64,000 nt of DNA from an uncultured Pelagibacteraceae bacterium. Its GTDB lineage: Bacteria; Pseudomonadota; Alphaproteobacteria; Pelagibacterales; AG-422-B15. Positions 27,699 through 38,246 of this stretch are shown in pieces. Below the pieces are notes generated by a model. The model was not told the DNA's origin, did no database searches, and saw only the letters and a program-made list of their open reading frames with translations. Position 1 is the first letter of the stretch. The number at the start of each line of letters is the position of its first letter. Where the stretch lies: NCBI GenBank assembly GCA_902524285.1, contig CABZCR010000004.1:11428-75427 (forward strand). The letters run 5' to 3'. Position numbers and translations under genes: made by a program.

Positions 27699-29474
27699 GT
27701 GAAAAAAAAGCGGAACACTGGCCGAAAGAAAATTGATATATATCAAAAAAGTTTTTCATTTACACACAGATACAATAAAGAAAAGTTTGCTTTTGACAGA
27801 TTAAAGTCCTTAAAGAGTAATTTTGCCCTAAAAATAAATAATCGTTTAATATTGTCAGCGATTGTTTTCAGTAGTTTGTTTTTGGCAGTAACAATCAAGA
27901 TGATAGAAATTAATTTACTTTACACTGAAAAGGGAAATTATTTTGTTGAGAATATTAAGACAAAAAGGGGAAATATTTTAGATAGAAATAATACTTCTCT
28001 TACAGCAAATTTATTAACATCCCATATATCTGTAAATCCAAAAGCTGTATACGATAAGAAAAAATTTATAAGTAAAGTCTCAGCAATAAATAATAGGTTT
28101 TCCAAAACTGATCTTGATAAATTGGTATCTAAAAAAAAATTCTTCTGGCTTGATCGAAATGTTGAACCATTAGAATTACAAAAATATATAGATTTAGGTG
28201 AAACTGGAATTGAATTCAGAGATGCTTATAAAAGAAAATATCTTCACAGTGAACTTTTTAGTCATTTAGTTGGAAAAGTTGACATCGATAATACAGGCGT
28301 ATCTGGATTAGAAAAATCTTTTAATAAGTTTCTTCAAAATGAAGAAAATAATGATTTGATATTATCTTTAGATACAAGAATACAATACATTGTTCGTGAT
28401 GAAATATTAGCTGCTATGAAACTATATAAAGCAACTGGTGGCTCAGGGCTCATAATGAATGTGAATAATGGAGAAATTCTTGCCATGACATCACTTCCAG
28501 ATTTTGATCCCAATACTAAAAATGCAAATGATAATGATAAGTTCAACAAAAACACATTAGGCGTATATGAGTTTGGTTCAGTGATGAAAATATTTACTGC
28601 AGCAATGGGAGTTGAGGAAAAAATCTTTCAGCCAAATACAAAGTACGAGATTGAAAATCACATTTATATTGGAAAGCACCGTGTAGAGGATGTTCACAGG
28701 CCTTGTGAGATAAAAATGTGTTCTGTTGAAGAAATATTTGTTGAGTCATCAAATATTGGAACGATTAAAATGATTAGAGATATTGGTAAAGAATTACAGC
28801 AAGAATATTTGTCTCAACTTGGATTACTTCGTCAAGTAAATATTGGAATACCAGAAAAGGCAATTCCAATTGTTCCTGACCCATGGAGAACAGTTAATAC
28901 AGAATCAATCTCTTACGGTTATGGTCTTTCAGTGTCACCATTGCATTTGGCTGTAGCTACATCAGCTGTAGTAAATGGAGGATATCTAATTAAGCCATCA
29001 CTTACAAAATTAGGAGATGATAAACGATATGAAAATCAAATTTTTTCAGAAGAGACCAGTGAAATTATGCGTTACCTTTTAAGCCAAGTTGTTGCAAAAG
29101 GAACTGCCAAAGAAGCCTTTAACAAGGATGCTGATAAAGCATACACAGAAGATAGTAAGTTCAAATATTTGGTTGGAGGTAAGACAGGCACATCTCACAA
29201 GATAGACAAAAAATCCTACACAAGAGAAAAGTTAACTACTTTTATATCGGTACTACCCATACACAAACCAAAGTATGTAGTTCTTATCTCATTAGACAAC
29301 CCGAAAGGGATTAATAGAGAATATGGAGAGCCATATAATACTTGGAACTGGAGTGATGCTGGGTGGAATGCGGCAAGAGTTTCAAGACAAATTATTGATA
29401 GAGTAAGTCCTATTTTGGACATAAAGGCAAGATACATACCTAATGAAAACATGCTCATTAATACTTCTCTTTAA
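27699..29474 (+). CDS. ftsI: Peptidoglycan D,D-transpeptidase FtsI (PBP3)
   Basis: 591 aa with a GTG start and an N-terminal TM anchor. It has a PBP dimerisation domain and transpeptidase motifs: an SxxK-like SVMK, SSN and KTGT. Confidence 0.9.
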   Translation: MKKKRNTGRKKIDIYQKSFSFTHRYNKEKFAFDRLKSLKSNFALKINNRLILSAIVFSSLFLAVTIKMIEINLLYTEKGNYFVENIKTKRGNILDRNNTSLTANLLTSHISVNPKAVYDKKKFISKVSAINNRFSKTDLDKLVSKKKFFWLDRNVEPLELQKYIDLGETGIEFRDAYKRKYLHSELFSHLVGKVDIDNTGVSGLEKSFNKFLQNEENNDLILSLDTRIQYIVRDEILAAMKLYKATGGSGLIMNVNNGEILAMTSLPDFDPNTKNANDNDKFNKNTLGVYEFGSVMKIFTAAMGVEEKIFQPNTKYEIENHIYIGKHRVEDVHRPCEIKMCSVEEIFVESSNIGTIKMIRDIGKELQQEYLSQLGLLRQVNIGIPEKAIPIVPDPWRTVNTESISYGYGLSVSPLHLAVATSAVVNGGYLIKPSLTKLGDDKRYENQIFSEETSEIMRYLLSQVVAKGTAKEAFNKDADKAYTEDSKFKYLVGGKTGTSHKIDKKSYTREKLTTFISVLPIHKPKYVVLISLDNPKGINREYGEPYNTWNWSDAGWNAARVSRQIIDRVSPILDIKARYIPNENMLINTSL

Positions 29475-29477
29475 TAA

Positions 29478-30911
29478 ATGCCAAGTCACTCCCTTTTAGA
29501 AGAAATTAAATTAAAGAAGATAAAATTTAATGGAGTCTCATCAGACTCGAGATCGATAAAAAAAGGAAATATTTTTTTTGCAATCCCTGGAAATGAAATA
29601 GATGGATCCAGGTTCATCAATCAAGCAATTAAAAAGGGTGCTGCAGCTATTGTTGTTCCATCATATAGTAAAAAAAGATATCCCAAGAATACTACAGTGA
29701 TAAAGGTTAAAGATATAAGAAAATCACTATCGCTGTTAGCATTTGAAATAAACAAAAATAATATTGAAACAAAAATTGCAATAACAGGAACTAATGGAAA
29801 AACATCTGTTGCATATTTTTTAAGTTATTTACTGAGAATTTCAGGAAAAAGTGTAGCTACTATAGGTACTTTAGGAAACTCTATATTGAAGAGAAATAAA
29901 TATAACCTTACTTCACCCGAACCGATTGATCTTTCAAAGCAATTAAAAAAGATAGGTCAAAAAAAAATAAAATATTTAGTTATGGAAGCATCAAGTCATG
30001 GCTTACATCAAAGCAGATTTTATGGAATGAATTTTGATGTTTGTGCATTAACAAATATATCACATGATCATCTTGATTATCATAAAACTATAAATAATTA
30101 CATAAAAAGTAAAATGATCCTTTTCAATGATTATATACATAAAGATAGTAAATTAATTATTAATTCAAAAACAAAATACATTAAAAAAATAAGATCAATT
30201 TTAAAAAAAAATAAATCCGTTCAGCCATTATATTTTCAAGCAAATAAAAATTATAAAATTACAAAAATTCTTAAAAAAAATGATATTAAACATGTAAAAG
30301 CAACAGTAGGGAGTAAGCAAATTCTTTTAAAATTTAAAAATTTTCCAAATTTTCAGATAGAAAATTTTATATTTGCAATTTCAATTTTGAATTTAATAGG
30401 ATTTGATCCTAGAAAATTATCAAAAAGCAGTCTTAATTGCCCTTCAGTATTAGGAAGAATGGAATATGTTGGAAAAACAAAAACAGGTGGAAAAGTTTAT
30501 GTTGATTTTGCACACACGCCTGATGCTCTTAAAAATTCAATTGTAGAGTCAAAAAAGTTAGAGGCATCAAACGTACATGTTTTATTTGGTTGCGGTGGAA
30601 ATAGAGATAGAAAAAAAAGACCGCTTATGGGTAAAATAGCTTCAAAATATGCTGATAAAGCAACAGTCACAGATGATAATCCAAGATATGAAAATCCAGC
30701 AAGGATAAGAGAGGAAGTGATTGGAGATTTAAAAAACATATCTGAAATTGGTAATAGAAAATTAGCCATAAAAAAAACTATTAGCGAATTAAAGAGAGGC
30801 GATCTGCTACTTATTGCCGGCAAAGGTCACGAGAAATTTCAATCCATCATGGGAAAAAATTTACCTTTTGATGATATTAAAATTGCCAAAAAATATTTAC
30901 AAAAAAAATGA
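29478..30911 (+). CDS. murE: UDP-N-acetylmuramoyl-L-alanyl-D-glutamate--2,6-diaminopimelate ligase
   Basis: 477 aa. It has the Mur ligase P-loop ITGTNGKTS, NISHDHLDYH and the DAP-type motif DDNPRYENP, in the canonical dcw position. Confidence 0.92.
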   Translation: MPSHSLLEEIKLKKIKFNGVSSDSRSIKKGNIFFAIPGNEIDGSRFINQAIKKGAAAIVVPSYSKKRYPKNTTVIKVKDIRKSLSLLAFEINKNNIETKIAITGTNGKTSVAYFLSYLLRISGKSVATIGTLGNSILKRNKYNLTSPEPIDLSKQLKKIGQKKIKYLVMEASSHGLHQSRFYGMNFDVCALTNISHDHLDYHKTINNYIKSKMILFNDYIHKDSKLIINSKTKYIKKIRSILKKNKSVQPLYFQANKNYKITKILKKNDIKHVKATVGSKQILLKFKNFPNFQIENFIFAISILNLIGFDPRKLSKSSLNCPSVLGRMEYVGKTKTGGKVYVDFAHTPDALKNSIVESKKLEASNVHVLFGCGGNRDRKKRPLMGKIASKYADKATVTDDNPRYENPARIREEVIGDLKNISEIGNRKLAIKKTISELKRGDLLLIAGKGHEKFQSIMGKNLPFDDIKIAKKYLQKK

Positions 30912-32272
30912 AAAAATTCATTACAACTACTGAAATAAATGAATTATTTGGGACCAATATTGTTGGTAAAAGAATAACTGGTGCTTCGATCGACACACGG
31001 TTATTAAGGAAAGGTAATATTTTTTTTGCAATTAAAGGTTTAAATACAGATGGTCACAAATATTTAGCAGAAGCGGAAAAAAAAGGTGCATCTATTGCTT
31101 TTGTTCATAAAAAAGTAAAAGGTATAAAAATACCTCAAATCAAAGTCAAAGATACATCTAAAGCACTCCTTAAGCTTGCAACAAAGTACAGAGTTCAGCT
31201 GAAAACACAAATCGTAGGTATCACAGGTAGTATTGGGAAGACTGGTACAAAGGATGCAATAAATTATTTGCTAAGAAATGAGGAAGATGTTTTTTGTTCG
31301 CGTAAATCATTTAATAATCAATATGGCCTGCCTCTCGAATTACTAAATATGCCACGGCATACGAAGTATGGATTTTTTGAAATAGGCATGAATCATACAG
31401 GAGAAATAAAAAGATTAGTAAAGGTATTGCAGCCACAAACAGCTATTATTTTAAATGTTGAAAATGTTCACCTTGGTAATTTTAAATCTTTAAAAGAAAT
31501 TGCATTAGCAAAATCTGAAATATTTACTTCAACAAAAAGTATTGAAAACTTAATTATTAATAGAAATTCTAATTTTTATAAATTGCTATATGCGTTATTC
31601 AAAAAAACAAAGATCAGTACTTGCTTAGATATTGGAAAAGTTAAATCATCAAAAGTATATCTTAAAAAAGAGACAAATACTGTGAATATTACTAAATACC
31701 AAGTAATATTGCCTGATGCCAGTAGACTTGATTTTACTCTAAGAAAAAATCAAAAAAATCTTATTTTTAATGCATTAGCCATCCTTACCTGCTTTTATAT
31801 GCTAGGTTTAAATTTAAAACTAATCAATCAATTCAAAAATGTTCCTTTTACAGAGGGAAGAGGAGAAATACTAAAATTAAAATATAAGGGAAATAAATTA
31901 GAAGTACATGATCATTCTTATAATGCGAGCCCTGTTTCTATGAGAGACACAATAGATATTTTTAATAAGTTTAAAAATAGACACTTAGTTTATGTCATAG
32001 GTGACATGAATGAGCTTGGAAATAAATCTGAAGAATTTCACATGGATTTAATTAAATATCTAATACTTATTAAGGCTAAAAAAGTAATTTTTGTTGGATC
32101 AAAACTTTTCTCACTTAGAAAAAGATACAATAGACTTCAGTTTGAATATTATGAGAATATAGATAGTGTTATAAGTAATGCAGAAAAAATATTTAATAGG
32201 AATAGCAAGGTATTTCTGAAAGGTTCAAATTCAATCAATTTACGAAAGTTGTCAAATCATTTAATAAGTTAA
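30908..32272 (+). CDS. murF: UDP-N-acetylmuramoyl-tripeptide--D-alanyl-D-alanine ligase
   Basis: 454 aa with the P-loop ITGSIGKTGTKD, the Mur ligase central/C-terminal pattern and GDMNELG. It follows murE with an ATGA overlap. Confidence 0.9.
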   Translation: MKKFITTTEINELFGTNIVGKRITGASIDTRLLRKGNIFFAIKGLNTDGHKYLAEAEKKGASIAFVHKKVKGIKIPQIKVKDTSKALLKLATKYRVQLKTQIVGITGSIGKTGTKDAINYLLRNEEDVFCSRKSFNNQYGLPLELLNMPRHTKYGFFEIGMNHTGEIKRLVKVLQPQTAIILNVENVHLGNFKSLKEIALAKSEIFTSTKSIENLIINRNSNFYKLLYALFKKTKISTCLDIGKVKSSKVYLKKETNTVNITKYQVILPDASRLDFTLRKNQKNLIFNALAILTCFYMLGLNLKLINQFKNVPFTEGRGEILKLKYKGNKLEVHDHSYNASPVSMRDTIDIFNKFKNRHLVYVIGDMNELGNKSEEFHMDLIKYLILIKAKKVIFVGSKLFSLRKRYNRLQFEYYENIDSVISNAEKIFNRNSKVFLKGSNSINLRKLSNHLIS

Positions 32273-32274
32273 CT

Positions 32275-33357
32275 ATGATCTTATATTTAATTGAGTATTT
32301 AAATCTTGGTACATTAAATAATTTTTTAAATTATTTAACAGTTAGAACAGGTTTGGCATTGTTTACTTCATTTTTTTTTATTCTATTTTTTGGCCCATTT
32401 TTAATTAAAAGAATTGGATCATACCAATCAATTGGTCAGCCTATTAGAGAAGACGGTCCTGAGTCTCACTTAGTGGCTAAAAAAGGGACTCCAACAATGG
32501 GGGGAATAATAATTTTGATGTCTATAGTTGGATCAATGATTCTATGGGTCAATCCTGAAAGCTATATATCTTGGCCAATTATATTCCTTCTTATATCTTT
32601 TGGATTAGTTGGTTTTGCAGATGATTTTAGTAAGGTTAAGAAAAAATCAAGTAATGGAATTTCTGCGAAAATAAGACTCTTTTTTCAAATAATAATATCG
32701 TTGATATTTATTTACTGGATATCAACCTATAATGAAATTGATATTCAGTTATTATCTTTGCCTTTTCTTAAGAATATATTTCTAAACTTAGGTTTATTTT
32801 CAATTCCATTCGTTATATTGGTAATTCTAGGATCAGCAAATGCAGTTAATCTTACAGACGGTCTTGATGGGCTAGCAATTGTTCCCATTATGATTGTCTC
32901 TGCGACTTTTGCTGTAATCTGCTATTTGGCAGGAAATATGATTTTTTCAAACTATCTTTACATTAATTATTTACCTGGAGCAGGTGAATTAACCGTGCTT
33001 TGCGCAGCCATAATTGGATCCGCTCTTGGCTTTTTATGGTACAACGCGCCTCCTGCAATGGTCTTTATGGGCGATACAGGCTCTTTGTCATTAGGCGCTG
33101 CATTGGGGGGTATAAGTGTTCTAACCAAGCAAGAAATTGTATTAGCAATAGTGGGAGGAATATTCGTGGCAGAAGCGGTGTCAGTAATTCTTCAGGTTGG
33201 ATCATATAAGTTAACCGGCAAACGAATATTCAAAATGGCCCCCTTACACCATCATTTTGAGAAGAATGGTATTGCAGAGTCAAAAATAGTAATTCGTTTT
33301 TGGATAATTGCTTTAATTCTTGCCTTGATTGGACTCGCAACACTTAAGATCAGGTAA
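32275..33357 (+). CDS. mraY: Phospho-N-acetylmuramoyl-pentapeptide transferase
   Basis: 360 aa polytopic protein. KKGTPTMGGIIIL, NAVNLTDGLDGLA, VFMGDTGSLSLGAALG and PLHHHFE are MraY signatures. Confidence 0.96.
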   Translation: MILYLIEYLNLGTLNNFLNYLTVRTGLALFTSFFFILFFGPFLIKRIGSYQSIGQPIREDGPESHLVAKKGTPTMGGIIILMSIVGSMILWVNPESYISWPIIFLLISFGLVGFADDFSKVKKKSSNGISAKIRLFFQIIISLIFIYWISTYNEIDIQLLSLPFLKNIFLNLGLFSIPFVILVILGSANAVNLTDGLDGLAIVPIMIVSATFAVICYLAGNMIFSNYLYINYLPGAGELTVLCAAIIGSALGFLWYNAPPAMVFMGDTGSLSLGAALGGISVLTKQEIVLAIVGGIFVAEAVSVILQVGSYKLTGKRIFKMAPLHHHFEKNGIAESKIVIRFWIIALILALIGLATLKIR

Positions 33358-33361
33358 CTAA

Positions 33362-34678
33362 ATGTTGAAGTCAAAATGTTTTTCAAAGAAAAGCTATGTA
33401 GTCATTGGCATGGGAAAAACGGGATGTTCTATTTATAAATCTCTCATTAATAGTGGAGCCGTAGTATATTTTTGGGAAGATAATCTCATACATTCAAAAA
33501 AAATATTAAATAAAGGATATAAAAAGTATTCTTCTAAAATAAGTCAAATAGACTATGTTATACCTAGTCCTGGAATTACTACAAAAGGAAAGTCAGCACA
33601 TAAACTGTTTAAAAAATTAATTTCAAAAAATACTAAACCGATAAGTGAATTAGATTTATTTCAAATATACCTAGATAATTTAAATATAAGGAACCAGATT
33701 AAAATAATTGCGGTTACAGGTACAAATGGAAAATCAACTACAGTGTCGCTCATTCATCATATTCTTAAAAAAAATAAATTCAACACACAACTTGCGGGAA
33801 ATATAGGTAACCCAATCTTTGAAACAAAGATGATTAAAAAAGGTTTTTATGTCTTAGAATTATCATCTTATCAATTAGAGAGCTCCAAAAAATTTCAACC
33901 TGATATTGCCTGTATACTTAATTTAACCCCAGATCATTTGGCGAGACACAATACTATGTCCAATTATGGTAATGCTAAATTAAATATTTTTAAAAATATA
34001 AATAGCTCTCAAAAAGGTTTTTTTAATAATGATTCGATTATAAAAAAATTAATAAAAAAGAATACTCATTTGAGTAAAATGAAAAATTTAAAGCAGATTA
34101 ATAAAAATAAAAAAAACTCCACTAAAAAATTAAATGTAAATCAATATAATTTACTGAGTAACGACCAAAACTACCGCTTCTCGTATGAAATTTTGAAAGA
34201 AGTGGGCCTAAGCAGCAATAAAATCTTCAATGCTTTTAAATCGTTTAGAGGGCTTGAGTTTAGACAGCAAATAATTTTTTCAGACAAAAAGAAACTTATC
34301 ATAAACGATTCCAAATCAACAAATTATCATTCTCTAATTGCTGCGCTAAAAAAATATAAAGATATCATATTGATATGTGGCGGTCAGATAAAAAGCAATA
34401 ATATCAATATATTAGATCACAGTGTTGGCAATATTAAAAAAGTAATAATTATTGGAGAGAAATCTAATACTTTTCACAAATACTTTCAGAGTAAAGTTAC
34501 CACAGTTTATGTTCACAGCTTAGATAAAGCAGTGGTCGAAATGAGTAAATTTATGAAGACCAATACAGATTTCAATACTTTTTTATTTAGTCCAGGCGCC
34601 GCTTCATTTGACCAATATAATAACTTTGAAGAACGTGGAAGACATTTTAATAAACTTATAAGCAAACTTAGAAAATAA
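33362..34678 (+). CDS. murD: UDP-N-acetylmuramoylalanine--D-glutamate ligase
   Basis: 438 aa with an N-terminal Rossmann motif VIGMGKTGCS and the P-loop VTGTNGKSTT, followed by LELSSYQLE and NLTPDHLARH. It carries a Lys/Asn-rich low-complexity insert. Confidence 0.88.
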   Translation: MLKSKCFSKKSYVVIGMGKTGCSIYKSLINSGAVVYFWEDNLIHSKKILNKGYKKYSSKISQIDYVIPSPGITTKGKSAHKLFKKLISKNTKPISELDLFQIYLDNLNIRNQIKIIAVTGTNGKSTTVSLIHHILKKNKFNTQLAGNIGNPIFETKMIKKGFYVLELSSYQLESSKKFQPDIACILNLTPDHLARHNTMSNYGNAKLNIFKNINSSQKGFFNNDSIIKKLIKKNTHLSKMKNLKQINKNKKNSTKKLNVNQYNLLSNDQNYRFSYEILKEVGLSSNKIFNAFKSFRGLEFRQQIIFSDKKKLIINDSKSTNYHSLIAALKKYKDIILICGGQIKSNNINILDHSVGNIKKVIIIGEKSNTFHKYFQSKVTTVYVHSLDKAVVEMSKFMKTNTDFNTFLFSPGAASFDQYNNFEERGRHFNKLISKLRK

Positions 34679-35790
34679 TGAATAAAAGAACTTATGAACA
34701 GTCAATAATTACAAACTGGATTACTGAAATAAATAAACCAATTTTTTTTTGTATAACAGTATTAATAACTTTTGGTCTATTAATAAGTTTAACTATAAAT
34801 CCTGGTACAAGCAGGTATCTCAATAACAATCTATTTGCATTTTTTAATATACAGGCTTTGTACCTTGCAATAGGTTTTTTAGTATTTATTTCTATTTCAC
34901 TGATTGAGACAAAATACATAAAATTATTTAGTGTGATATTATTTATAGTATTTTTTGCTTTACTAGCTCTTACTCTATTATTTGGGGATGAAATCAAAGG
35001 TTCAAGAAGATGGATAAGTTTTGGATCTTTTTCTCTCATGCCAATAGAATTAGTAAAGCCAGTATTTTGCGTTGTATTGGCTCTGATATTAAATAATCAA
35101 TACCAAGGCACAAAAATATCATCTCACTCACTAAGTGCTTTAATCTATATTTCAGTTGCAAGTATACTTGTTTTGCAGCCTGATATTAGTCAATTTTTTT
35201 TATTATCAGCTATTTATTTTGGTTCAGTGCTTATGAGTGGTTTCAGTATTATGATACTTACTGTAATTGTAGTTTTTGGAATTCTAAGTTTTATGATGAT
35301 ATATTTGCTCAATTTTAATGTTCAAAATAGAATAAATTCATTTTTATTTCCAAATGAATATGACGTAAGTCAAACTGAAATTTCTCTTCAAGCAATTAAA
35401 CAAGGAGGTATTATTGGTGTGGGACCGGGTAATGGTCTTTTAAAAAATAAAATTCCTGAAGCTAATTCAGATTATATTTATTCTGTGGTTGCAGAAGAGT
35501 ATGGTCTCATAGGTTGTACACTTATATTATTAATCTTCTTTATAATATCATTTCAAGGTTTCAAAAAAATTTACGGAAACAATGATCACTTTATTCAAAT
35601 CTGTTTATTTACCCTTATTTTATACGTATGCTTACAGGCCTTAATCCACATAGGGGTAAATATAAGGTTGATACCAACAACTGGAATTACCTTACCGTTT
35701 ATCAGCTATGGAGGTTCATCGGTCCTTGGCATGTCAATTGCAGCGGGTTTAATTTTATTATTTTCAAAGAATCGACATATTCGTGAATAG
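34678..35790 (+). CDS. ftsW: Peptidoglycan glycosyltransferase FtsW (SEDS family)
   Basis: 370 aa with ten TM segments. SEDS motifs are SDYIYSVVAEEYGLIG and GITLPFISYGGSS. It is in the dcw position, with a 1-nt overlap with murD. Confidence 0.9.
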   Translation: MNKRTYEQSIITNWITEINKPIFFCITVLITFGLLISLTINPGTSRYLNNNLFAFFNIQALYLAIGFLVFISISLIETKYIKLFSVILFIVFFALLALTLLFGDEIKGSRRWISFGSFSLMPIELVKPVFCVVLALILNNQYQGTKISSHSLSALIYISVASILVLQPDISQFFLLSAIYFGSVLMSGFSIMILTVIVVFGILSFMMIYLLNFNVQNRINSFLFPNEYDVSQTEISLQAIKQGGIIGVGPGNGLLKNKIPEANSDYIYSVVAEEYGLIGCTLILLIFFIISFQGFKKIYGNNDHFIQICLFTLILYVCLQALIHIGVNIRLIPTTGITLPFISYGGSSVLGMSIAAGLILLFSKNRHIRE

Positions 35791-35799
35791 ACTAACTTT

Positions 35800-36858
35800 A
35801 TGAAAAAACTTTTTTTAGTAGGTGGAGGTACTGGCGGCCACTGTATACCAATAAATGTAGTTTATTCGGAGGCACCTAAAAATTTTAAATGCTTTATTTT
35901 AACCGATAACAGAGGCCAGAAATATTTCGATAATATAGACTCAAATAATGTAATTATACTTAGAAATCTTATTTCTTCTCAATCAAGACTAGCAAATATT
36001 ATAAATTCTCCGTTCTTATTTATTCAATCAATGTTATACAATTTTAAAATCAAACCCGATTACACTTTAGGTTTTGGTGGATTTTTCACAATACCTGTTC
36101 TTTTCGCTAGTTTAATAATGAGAAAAAAAATTTTTCTTCATGAGGGTAATGCATTTATTGGAAAAGCGAATAAATTATTATTTAAATATGTAGGTAATAT
36201 CTTTACAACTTTCAACGAAACGCATGGTGAAAAGCTAATTCAAAATAAAAATTCATTCAGAGTTGGTTTGCCAACTAGGAGCAGTAAAAACTTAGAAAAC
36301 AAACAAACTAATAAAAAAAATCAGCTTAAAATATGTATTCTTGGTGGCAGCCAAGGTGCAAAAAACCTTTCAGATAATATCGCTCATTCGATCATAAAAT
36401 CTAAGAATGAATGTAAGAAAGAATTTATTGTTTACCACCAATGTAGGAAAGAAGATGTAAACTTAGTAGAAAAACTTTATAGAGAAAATAGTATTGAGTG
36501 CTATGTAAATGTATACTTCAGCAATGTCACAGATATTTTAGAGAATACAAATTTAATTATTTCACGAGCTGGCTCATCGACTGTAAATGAAATTATTTGC
36601 TTTGGAATTCCCTCAATTTTGATTCCTTTTCCATATGCTGCCGACAACCATCAATATTATAATGCATCAGTTCTTAAAAGCCTTAATTGTGCTGAAATAA
36701 TTAAGGACAAAGATATGAATACTCACTTATTATCAAGTCTGATCAATAAAATAATCAACAGCCCGCAAAGAAGAGAGTCTATTAAAGAAACTTTAAAAAA
36801 AGAGTATATAAACAATCCTGTTGAAAGAATTTTTAAGCATATAGAAGCAAGTCGATGA
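35800..36858 (+). CDS. murG: UDP-N-acetylglucosamine--N-acetylmuramyl-(pentapeptide) pyrophosphoryl-undecaprenol GlcNAc transferase
   Basis: 352 aa. It has the G-loop GGGTGGH, SRAGSSTVNEI and HQYYNA, in the dcw position. Confidence 0.88.
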   Translation: MKKLFLVGGGTGGHCIPINVVYSEAPKNFKCFILTDNRGQKYFDNIDSNNVIILRNLISSQSRLANIINSPFLFIQSMLYNFKIKPDYTLGFGGFFTIPVLFASLIMRKKIFLHEGNAFIGKANKLLFKYVGNIFTTFNETHGEKLIQNKNSFRVGLPTRSSKNLENKQTNKKNQLKICILGGSQGAKNLSDNIAHSIIKSKNECKKEFIVYHQCRKEDVNLVEKLYRENSIECYVNVYFSNVTDILENTNLIISRAGSSTVNEIICFGIPSILIPFPYAADNHQYYNASVLKSLNCAEIIKDKDMNTHLLSSLINKIINSPQRRESIKETLKKEYINNPVERIFKHIEASR

Positions 36859-38246
36859 AATTAAATAAAAATAAATTAATACATATTGTAGGAGTTGGTG
36901 GAATTGGGATGAGTGGAATTGCAGAAATTTTATCAGAAATGGGATATCAGGTTCAAGGAAGTGATATAAAAATTAACGCAAATATTGTTCGATTAAATAA
37001 AAAGAAAATAAAAACTTTCAATTCACATAAACAGTCAAATTTAAAAAATGTCAGCTTAGTTGTTTATTCATCTGCAATAAGTAAAAACAATATTGAGCTT
37101 GAACATTCCAAAAAAATTAAAATTCCTTCAATTTCAAGAGCTGAAATATTATCTCAAATTGTAAAACTAAAAAAAACTATAGCTATATCTGGGTCCCATG
37201 GGAAAACTACTACGACATCTCTAATTTCAGCAGTTTTAAATGGGGCAAGAATGAAACCCACTGTAATCAATGGCGGGATAATAAATCAGTTTGGAACAAA
37301 TACAAAATTAGGATCAGGTGATTGGTTAGTAGTTGAAGCTGATGAATCTGACGGTACTTTTGTGAAACTTCCATCCTCAATTTCTGTGGTAACTAATATT
37401 GATAAAGAACATCTTGATTACTATTCAAATTTTTCAAATCTAAAAAACTATTTCAAAAGGTTTATCACACAAGTTCCCTTTTATGGTTTCGCAGTTATAT
37501 GTATAGATGATAATGAGCTACGTAAGTTAGCTGCAAATATAAGTACTACAAAAATTATTAGAACTGGTTTTCATAGAGAAAGTGATATCAAATGTATTAA
37601 ATTAAGATATAAAGCCAATGAAACAATATTTGATGTTTTTGTAAAAGAGCAAAACCAAACTATTAAAAATATTAAGTTACCACTTCATGGAGCGTATAAT
37701 GTAAATAATGCATTAGCTGCTATAGCAGTTGGTCTTCAATTAAATGTAAAACCAGAAATAATTAAGAAGTCTCTAAATTCTTTTAAGGGTGTCCAAAGAA
37801 GACTTACTGAATTATGGAGTAATAATAACATAAGAGTTGTTGATGATTATGCCCATCATCCGACTGAAATAAATAATGTATTAAAAGGGCTGGTTGATGC
37901 AGACAAAAAAAATAGAATAATAACTATTTTCCAACCTCATAGATTCTCAAGGGTTTTAGATTTGAAAAGCAAATTCACGAAGTGTTTTAAGAATAGTGAA
38001 TATGTATTTGTTTCGGATGTTTATGGAGCGGGTGAGAAAAAACCAAAAAATTTCGATTTAAATAAATTTATTAGTAACATTGCAAAAAATTCTAAAGTCA
38101 GAGCTGAATATTTTGTTAAAAATGATCAACTATTTGAATTAACAAAGAAGAATAGATCAAAAATAATCTTTTTATTTTTAGGGGCTGGGACAGTTACAGA
38201 TTGGGCTCAAAATTTTGCTAAAGAGTTAAAAAAAATTTATGAATGA
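36855..38246 (+). CDS. murC: UDP-N-acetylmuramate--L-alanine ligase
   Basis: 463 aa. Motifs are HIVGVGGIGMSGIAEIL, the P-loop ISGSHGKTTTTS, EADESDGTF and DDYAHHPTEI. Confidence 0.92.
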   Translation: MKLNKNKLIHIVGVGGIGMSGIAEILSEMGYQVQGSDIKINANIVRLNKKKIKTFNSHKQSNLKNVSLVVYSSAISKNNIELEHSKKIKIPSISRAEILSQIVKLKKTIAISGSHGKTTTTSLISAVLNGARMKPTVINGGIINQFGTNTKLGSGDWLVVEADESDGTFVKLPSSISVVTNIDKEHLDYYSNFSNLKNYFKRFITQVPFYGFAVICIDDNELRKLAANISTTKIIRTGFHRESDIKCIKLRYKANETIFDVFVKEQNQTIKNIKLPLHGAYNVNNALAAIAVGLQLNVKPEIIKKSLNSFKGVQRRLTELWSNNNIRVVDDYAHHPTEINNVLKGLVDADKKNRIITIFQPHRFSRVLDLKSKFTKCFKNSEYVFVSDVYGAGEKKPKNFDLNKFISNIAKNSKVRAEYFVKNDQLFELTKKNRSKIIFLFLGAGTVTDWAQNFAKELKKIYE